From contig OZ024742.1 in NCBI GenBank assembly GCA_964016885.1, positions 195,734,001 through 195,798,000 of the forward strand: a stretch of DNA of 64,000 nucleotides, given 5' to 3'. The position numbers and the translations under genes are program-made. This document shows positions 33,026-44,890 of this stretch, one piece after another; within the stretch, counting starts at the first letter, position 1; every line of letters starts with the position of its first letter. The stretch is from Eledone cirrhosa (taxonomy: Eukaryota). Under the pieces are notes generated by a model that saw only the letters and a program-made list of their open reading frames with translations, was not told where the DNA came from and did not search any database.

Positions 33026-33355
33026 GTTTCTAGTTTTTGCACAAGGCCAGCAATTACCCAGTACATTACTGGTACTTCTTAAGAAGCTAGATTTAACACC
33101 TTTCTAGTGGGTCCGGGTATGATTTTACATTCATTTAAATTATTGATGTATTGTTTTATTGATATTTTTTATCTGATTGTCCCGAATCTTCTATTATCGA
33201 TTTTTTATCGTATGGTTGATTTTAGACTTGTTCTATGTGTGACGGTATTTTAACGATAGTTATAGCTCTGATTCATCTGAATTATTGAGCCCTCTGCCGC
33301 TCATTTCGAATCTTGTTTATCGTGAACTCGTGCGCCGATTTTTCGATACTCGATC

Positions 33356-33386
<31 letters not shown>

Positions 33387-33394
<8 letters not shown>

Positions 33395-33802
33395 TAAGAG
33401 GAATTCCAACTTTGTCTGATTTACTCGTTTTATTTACAATCCTTTAAAATATATATAATATGGTATTATAATGAAATAGTATGATAGAATATTAAATTCT
33501 AAGTGTTAATTGAACAAGTACTTTCATGCTTTCGCAATCTTCAGGTTCATGGTATGTGGTGACAGTCGAGTTTGCAATTTTCAACTGTTGAAAATTTTCA
33601 ACAGTTGAAAATTGCAAACTCGACTGTCACCACATACCATGAACCTGAAGATTGCGAAAGCATGAAAGTACTTGTTCAATTAACACTTAGAATTTAATAT
33701 TCTATCATACTATTTCATTATAATACCATATTATATATATTTTAAAGGATTGTAAATAAAACGAGTAAATCAGACAAAGTTGGAATTCCTCTTATTAATA
33801 TA
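33387..33802. repeat. Perfect ~415 bp palindrome carrying two HHRs
   Basis: Centre GAAAA|TTTTC at 33594/33595, no spacer; HHRs at 33640-33678(+) and 33511-33549(-). Confidence 0.92.
33640..33678 (+). ncRNA. Minimal hammerhead ribozyme
   Basis: TGAAC-CTGAAGA-TGC GAAA GCA-GAAA-GTAC-TT-GTTCA; palindromic AAGTACTT. Confidence 0.8.
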
Positions 33803-33850
33803 ATCTTCTATACACAATCATACACACCTGTGTATATTTACCTATCTATA

Positions 33851-33918
<68 letters not shown>

Positions 33919-35285
33919 CTTTAAACGGTAACTGCCTCTCTAAGAACATCGTTTATGCTTGTGTAGTTAAAACAATTCCTCTAATAGTACATATATAGGC
34001 TCTACATCTAACACTTTTAAGACTAGGTTTAATTCTCATATCTCTAATTTTAAACATGTTAAGTTTAAGAATTCTACTTCTTTAGCACACCATATCTGGG
34101 ATCTTAAGGGGGCTAATATACCATATAGCCTTAATTGGCGAATAGTAGCACGCTCTAATAACCTTTCAACACATACTAAATTTTGTAATCTCTGTATCCT
34201 TGAGACCCACTCTATAATTTTCACTAGGGAAACCTTACTTAATAGAAAGTCTGAGATATTCTCTTCTTGCCCCCACGCCATTTCAAATTCTTACTTTTAT
34301 TATAAACCTAAAGGTTCTAGTAGTGTAAATTGTATCCATTAGCTGCTATATTCCCTTATCTTTTTAGTTTAGGTTCATTTTGTTTACTACCATCATTATC
34401 ATTATTATTATTATTGGTTTTTAACAGCTTTTCATTCTAGTTTTCATAGTCCTTTGGCTACCATACCATATCTATATTATATTTTCACTATTAACACCTT
34501 ATGAGTTTATATCTAATTATATATTTTATTTTATATTATTTTATTTTATTTTATTTTATTTGGATTCTTCTTTGGATATTTTATTTTATTTGGATTCTTC
34601 TTTGGATAACCCCCTCCCACACACACACTTGTCATTCGCCCCTTCAAATATACTATAATTATATTCAATTCCCTTTTATGCTCCTTTCTATTGTATAATA
34701 CAGTATATTGATTATGATTTTATGCTCCTTCGTATCCTTCATACATTTCTTTTTTCTGTCCCCATTGGCCTACCATAATTCTACTTAAAGTCCGTTTATT
34801 AGATAACGTTATTCAACTGATAGTAGAATATTTCATTCTTTTCCACATATTTTTATAGTGATATCTTAAACTTTGGAGTTTTTGATTACTTAAACCATAG
34901 CTAATTTTGTATTAACTTATTATGTATTTTAAATACTTTCAATATTAATTAATTTAATAGGGTTTTCTAGTCATTTATCCGGGTTTGCTTCCTAAATGTT
35001 TTACTTAACTGCATGTGACACCTAAGTAAATACTTTTGTTTTTGTTTTTCGATTTCCGGTTGATTTTATTTATATATTTATACTACCGTGCGTAGTTCTC
35101 TGTCTGGTTCTTATTCACTTATTCACAAATGTCTGTCCACCAACCACGTAATTATGTATATTATACTATGTTCAATATTTTATATTGAAATTTTTATATC
35201 ATTCCACTCTTTGTAAACGTACTACTGATCTTTATTATTTACCGATTATTACCAAATAAAATAAAATAAAATAAAATAATATAAA

Positions 35286-35475
35286 GGGCGGTGGATTGGC
35301 AGTATCGGTAGAGGGTCAGACGCCATGCTTTCCAGCATAGTTACGTCCCTTAACGATCTGAGTTCAAATCCCGCCGAGGTTGACTTTGCCTTTCATCCTT
35401 ACGGGGTCGATAAAATAAAGTACCAGTAATGCACTGGGTAATTGCTGGCCTTGTGCCTAAAGTAGAAACAATTAT
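35286..35475 (+). mobile_element. tRNA-derived SINE
   Basis: Same family as 10045-10229. Confidence 0.88.
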
Positions 35476-36474
35476 ATTACTCTTACCCTTTTACCTGTTC
35501 TAGCCATGCGGCTGAGGCCTAAAGTAGAAACAATTATTTACCGATTATTAAATGTACCATTATGTTATGTTAAATTTTGTAAATTCTGTAATACGTTTAT
35601 ATTTTTATAATTTTTGTAATGTTTGGATAATATTTATTTACACCAATTGTAGAGAAATGTGACCTCCATCTGTTTTCTTGCAATGGTTTTGATATTTTTC
35701 CAACATAATTTTTCCAACATAATTTAGTTCTGTACAATATTTTTTCTCACCCGGTCTGTAACTCTATATGATTTGTTAAGTTATATGCCATTATATTATA
35801 ATATTGTTATTATAGTGCTATTGTAACATTTATATTGTTTGTGCAAATTAACCGGAGATTATCTATTATATAATTATATAGTTTATTATAATATATTATG
35901 TTTACTTTTAATAATTTCTTCTTCATTTTATTCTGTAGATAATATATGTATTATATTATATTTTTATTTTCATTTTCATTTTCATTTTCATTTTCATTTT
36001 CATTTTTATTTTTATTTTTATTTTTATTTTTATTTTTATTTTTATTTTTATTTTTATTATTCTATTATTCTTATTTATATTTAAACTCTTAATAAGGGTT
36101 AGTTTGTGCTTGTATTGATGGAAATGTGTATTGATATATATGTATATATGTGTACATATGTATATATATATATATGTATATTGGGCCTTTTAATATTATT
36201 ATTATTATTGTCATAATCAATTATATTATTTTATAGTATATTATATTATATTATATATAGTACAATAATTCCCGCTCTATATCACCACCTTTGTTTAGCT
36301 TTAGTTTTTGCATTGGACTATATTTGCAATATGGTTCAAAATGTTATTCACTTCCTTAGCAATTTTTACTTGATAATTTTTACCCGATAATTTTCCTATG
36401 CTTTAATGTATGTACACTCCATATTCTTCTGAGTTTTTGGCTTGTATTGGCCGATAGTGCTTCTTATAGCTTTA

Positions 36475-36519
36475 ATTGCCCTGATGAGTCCTTAATAGGA
36501 CGAAACATTGTTGGCTAAT
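36475..36519 (+). ncRNA. Canonical minimal hammerhead ribozyme
   Basis: GCC-CTGATGA-GTCC TTAATA GGAC-GAAA-CATTG-TT-GGC. Confidence 0.88.
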
Positions 36520-36662
36520 AAAGACTTTTGATGTATTGAAGGCTTCTTTGGTTTATTTTCATAATTCTTCGGCTCTGTTTAATTACATTGAACTATACCT
36601 TTACTGTCATTTCTATAATACGAAGAGGGTGTTTAACTCCAACACACTCTAGTATTTTAATT

Positions 36663-36703
<41 letters not shown>

Positions 36704-36838
36704 ATTATTATTATTATTATTATCATTATTAAAATAACAAATTAAAGTTTAAGCAAAGAATCGCTGCTTTCACCCTTAACGGGATCTTCTGTTAACCGCC
36801 CTTATATATTAGTGATAATAAAATGAAATCGTACTTAC

Positions 36839-36936
36839 TTTCCAAAAACAGTGAGGAATCCTGGTGGTAACATGGCCGTATAACATCCCCCACTGAATTG
36901 TTCTTCCGCCCAGTTCTTCTCTTCATAATGGATAGG
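36839..36936 (-). CDS. MAO: MAO exon with FAD-linked Cys motif ([32 protein letters not shown])
   Basis: 98 nt, tag/gtaag; the SGGCY pentapeptide is the covalent FAD site of MAO. Confidence 0.97.
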
Positions 36937-37169
36937 CTATGAAGATAGACAAATCGTTTACTAACTGCAAACATACTTAATCTAGTGTTACCTGTTATCA
37001 CCACAAAAACAACTCATTTATTAAAACTACAGCTTGGTTTGTAATAAATATATATTGACTACATGCACGAAACTGATTTCCAGGCACCTTTAATTCCAAA
37101 GCCAAGCAAAAGTTATGAGATTCAGGTATGGTTTGAGAACAGCTAGACAGGCAGACAGACAGATAGATA

Positions 37170-40100
37170 AATTTCTTTATTAGCCACAAGGGCACAAAAG
37201 AACGGGACAAATACAAATGGGGAGTTTAGATACAGGTATATGAAAATAAAACTAATAAAACTAATAAATCTAATAAAACTAATAAAATAACAAATAACAA
37301 TTGAAATCCCCAATAGGGGGGAGGCGTTACACAGGGGTTGTACACACCCCGAAAAAATGTACAACCCTCATCTCTAGGATCACCAAGAGTGAGTACTCCC
37401 CTCCTCTCTTTCTCTTTTTCCTCAGCCTACAGGCTTATATAGAGAGAAGGCCCAACCACTCGGGCCATCTTTTCCACAATCACCCACCTTTTATAAAATT
37501 TGCTGGGGTACAGCACCTCTCTCTCCATCCTGATTCTTCTTCCAAAATGATATTTGGAAAAACGAATCAGTTGTTCGCCGGAGAGAAAGGTGTCTGACCT
37601 CAGCTCTTTTAACATCGTCCACCATATAACCTCTTTCACCATAGCCATAACATATAGGAAAATCGCCTCTCCTTCGTTTTTGAAGGAGGGTGGCGGTTTG
37701 ATCATGACAATGGACTCGGTGATCAACTGGATTGGTCCCACCCACGACAATAGTCGTTCTACATAGCCCCACAGGCCGGTAACGCCCGGGAAGTGTACAA
37801 ATGCGTGCGCGATGGTTTCCTCGTCGCGCACGCATCTCGAATAGATCTTTTTCGAAGGGTCCCTGCCCGGGCGCCCGTGTCTGTAGAGCTTGTCTCGAAC
37901 TGGTAGAGCTCCTCGGTAGCACTGCCAGGCCAGGGACTTTTGGAAGTTGTCCATCGGTCCCGGGCGGAAGGTTGTACCGAACAGACTGGCCAGTTCGTCT
38001 TCCTCTACGCCTAGAGTTTCTCCGAGCGCGTCGTCGCAGTTGCTGCGGACCAACCCTCTATAGAATGACGAAGTGGAGTCTCTACTGATCACCGGGTCCG
38101 CCTACCAGAGGGCTGTGAGCGCCTGAGCACATTCGATGTGCCAGTCACCCATTTTCCACGGTCTTTGCTTGACCCAGCACTGTAGCTCGGTCAGCGAGAC
38201 GAGTCGTGGGAATGCTCGGCTCACGAACGGGGCCCACACCGGTTGTCCGGTGAGGAATACGTGGAGGTGCCGCAGCCTGAGCGCGTGTTTGCTCATCGTC
38301 AGTCACGGCATCCCCAGCCCTCCGTTTGAAGGGTGTTGGCAGCAGATGGATCTTCTCACCAAAGGAGCCCGCTTTCTTCCAAACGAATTGGAAGAGCGCG
38401 CGCTCCATTTTGGTGAGCGTTTTGGCTGGACAAGGCACGACGGTCAAGCGGTAGTAGATGACGGAGGCTATAAAAGTGTTCGCCTCCTCCGCTCGACCTT
38501 TCAAGGATAGTTTCCACTTCTGGGTGAGCGCAAACACCTTGGCCGTCACCTCGTTCCAGTTCTTCTCCACCTGGAGGTCCGGACCAAACCAGACCCCGAG
38601 CAGCTTTTCCGGTCCTTCCGTCCAGCGTCCGATGACGCCATCGGAAGGCATCGGTTTGCCTCTCTACGTTCCGAGTTGCAAACCGACGGATTTGTCCCGG
38701 TTCAGCTTCGCTCCTGTGAACCTTTCGTATTCCTTCAGTAAGGTGCCGACCTCCCCGATTTGCGAGGTGCTCGACACCATTACTGTCACGTCGTCGGCGT
38801 AGGCCGACGCCGCTTTTCGCAGTCCTGGTTCCAAAGGGATGCCCTGCAATAGCTCCAACCTCCGCAGTAGTGGCTCGAGAATCAGTACGTACAGAAGGCA
38901 GGAGAGAGGGCATCCCTGTCGGATGGATCGCGTGATATGGAACGGCTCCGAGAGGTAGCCGTTCACCTTGACCCTTGAGCAGATGTTGCTGCTGTGCATT
39001 GCAGCAATCCAGCCCCTGAACACGGGTCCGAAGCCTGCCGCCTCGAGCACCGCATCCAGGTAACGATGGGCAATCCTATCGAAAGCCTTAGACTGATCCA
39101 AGTTGATCAGGGCCCCACGGTGGCACAGTCGGAAAATCTAGTCGATATCTATCGGCCAGGTCAAATCGGCCGATTAACTGTTTGAGGCTGTTACACCCTC
39201 CTTTATCGGGACATGCTCCCACATAGTCCCATCGTGCATCTAGAATTCCATTCCAGTCTCCCACTAAAAGCAAGGAGCGGGACGTTCCCAGAAAAGTCTC
39301 TAGACGTTTGAAGAAGTCTTGCCGCGGGGTCCCGGATGGGGGATATGCGGCCACCAGCCTGAAGGCTCCACCTTCACTACCGTCAACGTCTAGGACCACC
39401 AGTCGACCCTCCGGGTCCAGATGTACCATCTGTGTTACGAGGTCCAGTTGTTTCCGCAGCAAAACAGCAACCTGCCCCCACCTCCCAGAGAGATGCGTAT
39501 ATCTCAAAGTCGTCGAAGATGGAGGCCAATTGTCGCTCGCTGTGGATCCTGGACTCGCAAATGGCTACTACATCCATACTGTGCGACCTGAGATCGTTTA
39601 AGAGTTTGCACTGTTTCCATGGCATCCCCAGGCCGCGTACATTCACACATCCAACTCTTATATTGGCCATGTTTGTGCTGAAAAGTTAAAAGAAGAGGAA
39701 ATGAAATCACTCACCTCTTCGTCTCCTGGGGACCAGGCTGCACAATTTCCATGGGAGTGTTGGAGGGTATGTTTGGTGGGGTGATGGTTTCTGGCGGGGT
39801 GGGGACGGAGCTGTCTGGTGGGATGGGGTGACTGGAGTGGGGGTGCCTGTGGTAGGGAGATCTTTGAAGAGGACGCGGTTGATTGGTTTCACGCAGGAAT
39901 TCCCCACGTCCTCTTCAAGTGTTTCTTTTAGGGACCTATGAGTTCCTATAGGGACCCTGATCAGTTTTAGGTTCGTTTTTTTGTTTTTGTTAGAGCTATC
40001 CAAAGTTTTCCCTTCGGTTTTGACCAAAGGGTTGTTTTTGATGGTCTCCATCAGTGTTCTATTTTCTTCGTTTATGTAAGTGTATGTGTACTTTTCCTGT

Positions 40101-41800
40101 GTTGTGTTTGTTTTTGTCTGTGGTTCCTGCGTGTGTTTTCTCTTTGTTGTGGGTGTTTTGTTTTCGGGAGGGGGAACTTTTGTTTGTGATTTTTGTGCTG
40201 TGTGTGCTGGTGTTTGTGTGTTTGTTTCGTTTTTGTTCATGCGGTGCTTTCTTTTTTTTCTTTTCACGGGTTCGAAGGGTACCTCCTCATCGCCGCTGGG
40301 TGCCGTTGATAGGGGTTCATCATCCGTGTTGATCGGTAGGGGTATGGTTTAGGGTTCTGTATTGTCTGTGTGTGTTTTTGTATTTGTTTTGGGTGGCGAG
40401 GGTTGGGTGGGATAGTGTTCTGTGTTGTTTTTCTTGTTGTTTTTGTTGTTGTGATGGCGGCAGTGGTGGTTGTGTTGTTATTTGTGGTGTCGGCAAAAGT
40501 GGTTTTCTTTTTGTCAATTGAGGACAGGCAACCCTTAGGTGACCTCTGCTTGCGCAGTGGTAACATGCGAGCCGCCTACCCTCAACCGAAATGTTTATGT
40601 AGGTCTGTCCATCCAGAAGTACTCTTTGTGGGATTTTCGCTATACGTTCTGGGCTCATCTGCACCAGAATTTCGACGCTTGTCCCACTAAATATATCTCT
40701 GGGGGATTTTCCTACTGAGATCAAAATGTCTTGTTCAAAGTCAATTAGGTCATAAAGTATCCACCAAACATCTACTTTGGTCTTATGCATGTCATTTTTA
40801 TTTTTTGCGTCCTTTTTCCCATGTATGTAGAGAAAAAGGTAAAATGGGTGGACACAATGGGCGCGATGGAATATTTTTGTGCTGTTATTTTGTCTTTCAT
40901 CAGCATCGAAATGCTGGCGAAAAGTTTGGCTTTCTGAATGAATAAAATGTTATCCATGTGGTTACTTAAAACCAGCTCAATCTCACTCTGAGATAGTTGA
41001 GCTTTTTTTTTTTTATGCATTTGAGATTGTCCTGAAAACCACCGTGTTCAGGGCATTTTCTCTCCTTAGTTCTTGTGGTGAATTTATGCTATTGGGTCCA
41101 AAAGTAACATATTGTTTAGCTTGGTTAAATCCAAAAGTTGAAATATTTCCGGGTTTTTTACAGTATCAGCAAAAGAAATTTTGGTTGTTATTGTCACTGT
41201 TGTTTGTATTTTCTTTGGTGTTTGTGTTGGCATTTTTTTCTTTTTGATTGGTGTTGTTGGATGTGTTTTCAATTTTTTCATTTTCTGTATTTTTTGGTGT
41301 CTGTTGTGGGCTGTTATTTTCATTTTTTGTTGTGAATTTCCATTCCTTTACGAAACGAAGTATTTGCTACATATATTTCCTTCTGTGTGTGGATACATGT
41401 GACGTTTGTGACGTCAGGCGTGTTCAGTTGCTTACAAGCAGCTGAAGCTTGTTCCTCTTCTAAATGTTGAGGCGATGATGTTGGCATTCCTTTGTCCATG
41501 CCTGCTACGACCTGCTGGTCAAGTAGGCATGGCTTTCCCTTCCCATCTTCTTGTTTTGACAAAGAAGTAGGTGCCTTTGCTTCGGCCATTTTTTTTTAAA
41601 TGAAGTGTTTTACAAAAATATTTTCGAAAATATGTTGGATGTTTTTGCCCTGAGGGGCACGATATTTTGGGGGACTGACCAAATCAAAATTTGACCTGTC
41701 AGTCCCTCTACAAATTGGTATAAAAATAAAAGTTTACAATGACGAATTTCTAAAGAAATTTAAACAAAACTTACCAAGCAAGTTTAACACATGTATCCAT
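37170..41800 (-). mobile_element. Tx1/L1-like LINE: ORF1 (CCHC knuckle) and ORF2 (AP-EN, RT, C-terminal Cys), frameshifted, deletion near 39110
   Basis: CYHCASRGHLRVAC; NVRGL, GDWN; DQSKAFD, RQGCPLS, AYADD; 3' AATAAA next to GATA repeats. Confidence 0.92.
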
Positions 41801-41814
41801 CCAAGAAAGATAAA

Positions 41815-42445
41815 TAGATAACTTTCTTTTTATTTGCCACCAGGGCATCAAAGAGTGGGACAAGTACAATGGGGGAGTTTACATAAAAAGGCGTCCTCAA
41901 TAAGGAGGAAGCAATAACAAAATATATAAATAGATAGATAGATAGATATCTTTATTTGCCACAAGGGCGTACAAGAAATGGGACATTACAAGACATGACG
42001 ATGGGAGTTTTACATGAAATCGTTATAAACTTTAACATTAATAAATAACAATAAATTATATATTAAAAAATTAATAATCGAAATCCCTAATACTGCGTGG
42101 TTGTTTTACACCCCACAGATAGAACAACTCGCAACACCAGGAGCACGTTTTGTAGGCGCTCCCGTCTTCCCTCTTTTTGTCTTCCTCAACCTATAGGTTT
42201 ATACACAGAGAAGGCCTATTCACTCGGGCCATTTTCGCCACATTCACCCACCTTTCAGCGAATTTACTCTCTCTCTACTCTCTCTCTACTCTCACCTTCC
42301 TTCTGAAGTGGTATTTAAAGAAGGGGATCAGTTGTTGTCCGCAGAGGAAGGTGTTTGTCCTCAGTCCTTTTAACCTCATCCACCATATTACCTCTTTCAC
42401 CATAACCACCTGACAGAGAAAAGCCGCCTCTCCTTCATTCTTAAA
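41815..42445 (-). mobile_element. Two further 3' fragments of the same Tx1-like family
   Basis: TTTATTTGCCAC(A/C)AGGGC..GGGACA at ~41829 and ~41951, each after GATA repeats; 42190-42445 is similar to 37430-37685. Confidence 0.8.
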
Positions 42446-43089
42446 TGCCTGTGCTTTGAATATTTTTTAAGTGGGGAAAGGCCTTGCACTTGACCAATCC
42501 CACTCTCTGAGCATCAAAACACTACCCGAAAAGGAGAACTGGTCAACATCATCGGTAGCTTCCGAAGCCGCAGGGTTTTTTTTGTTTCAGAGTTTCCCTC
42601 TCTTAGAAAAGTGTTGTGACAACAACTGGGGGCCTTTCACTCCCAGGTGTTAAAAAAAAGTACTATTTGGATGACCGTTGACTCTACTGAGTTCCTCGGC
42701 CTTTTGCCGGGTCTTGTATTTCATCCCGCAGAGTGTCCAAATATCACCGTCCTCACCAAGCTAGCTTGGTAGGGTTGCCGGTTTAGTCGCCGACGACCCG
42801 ACCATCAGACAGGTTGTACTGGGTTACATGTTACCAGTAGCACTCGAGAGTGACCTGACATAAATACATACATACATACATTTTGTATGCGTGTGTCTGT
42901 ATTTATTTCTTGTAAATTAGCGGCTGCACAAAAAACGTGATGAGATATGTGCCAGATTTGAAAAAAGTAAAGCCTGGCAATATGATCGACTAAATTCCTT
43001 CAACGCGGTGCTCCAGCATGGCCAGAGTATAATGACTGAAAGCAATAAAAGAATAAAACATAACGAATATATAGAAACTTTATACTTAC

Positions 43090-43201
43090 ATACGCCAATT
43101 CTTCAATGCCGAATACCTTAGCATAAAGCTGAGCAATTCTGTCTTTCCTTTCGTCACGTGTAAGAAGCTGATAATCATGTGCCTTTGTAGCTAGAATGAA
43201 C
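43090..43201 (-). CDS. MAO: MAO exon (FILATKAHDYQLLTRDERKDRIAQLYAKVFGIEELAY)
   Basis: 112 nt, cag/gtaag; FILA..KA and LYAKV motifs; absent from the ORF track, translated by hand. Confidence 0.94.
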
Positions 43202-43228
43202 CTGTAACAATAGATTTTAGATCAGTTT

Positions 43229-43363
<135 letters not shown>

Positions 43364-43405
43364 GCGTGTGTGTATTTGTCTGCGTGTGTGTGTGTCTGTT
43401 TGTGT

Positions 43406-44125
<720 letters not shown>

Positions 44126-44161
44126 CGGTCTTTACATTACTATAATATCATTATAACTTAC

Positions 44162-44258
44162 CCCATAAGAGCTGGGTGACTACCGTTAGATTTCACACTA
44201 TCCAGTGTAAATCCGATGATAGCGTCTTTCTCGTTTATTGCAGATGAACCACACATTC
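44162..44258 (-). CDS. MAO: MAO exon (GMCGSSAINEKDAIIGFTLDSVKSNGSHPALMG)
   Basis: 97 nt, cag/gtaag, phase-consistent; resembles YCG...TLDDTKPDGSxPAIMG. Confidence 0.94.
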
Positions 44259-44291
44259 CTGAAAGTAAAAGTAGCGGTTTATAAAAAAAAA

Positions 44292-44457
44292 ATGATGATG
44301 ATGATGATGAGGAGGAGGAGGAGGAGGAGGAGGAGGAGGAGGAGAGGAGGAGGAGGAGGAGGAGGAGGCGGAGGAGGAGGAGGAGGAGGAGGAGGAGAGG
44401 CAAATGGAGAGCAGAGAGGATGGAGAGCAGAAAAGGAGAGAAAGGAGGATGGTGATG

Positions 44458-44495
<38 letters not shown>

Positions 44496-44750
44496 AGTGA
44501 TGATATTGATGATGGTGATGATGATAGTAGCGGTAATGATGGTGATGATGATTGTGATTATAGTGATGGTGATGTTGGTGGTATGGATGGTGGTGGTGGT
44601 GAGGATGGGGGTGATGATGATAATGGTGGTAGTGGTGGTGATGGTGGTGGTGGTGATGATAATGGTGACTGTGGTGTTCATGATTGTGGTGGTGGTGGTG
44701 ATGATAATGGTAACTGTGGTGTTGATGATGAGAGCGGTGGTGGTGACAGA
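44292..44750. repeat. Trinucleotide simple repeats (ATG, GGA, GAT, GGT)
   Basis: Direct inspection. Confidence 0.9.
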
Positions 44751-44890
44751 GCTATAACAACACAGTATAGATACACCATAGGTCTTTAGTCTTCATTGAG
44801 TTGAAATGTTTAATGAAAGGAAATGAGGTGAGGTGAGACAAGGTGAGATGAGATGTGAGAAGCTGGAATGAGATAAGAGGATAATTAGGT

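Larger units (their letters stand above)
33915..36665 (+). mobile_element. 5'-truncated PLE (GIY-YIG end, long AT-rich 3' UTR, HHR); SINE nested at 35286-35475
   Basis: CPLNGNC, IVYAC..YIGST, CNLC, CPH; both ends in TA runs. Confidence 0.82.

Noticed and set aside
44238-44789. Poly-M/R/G/D ORF
   Set aside because: Trinucleotide repeats in an intron, antisense to MAO
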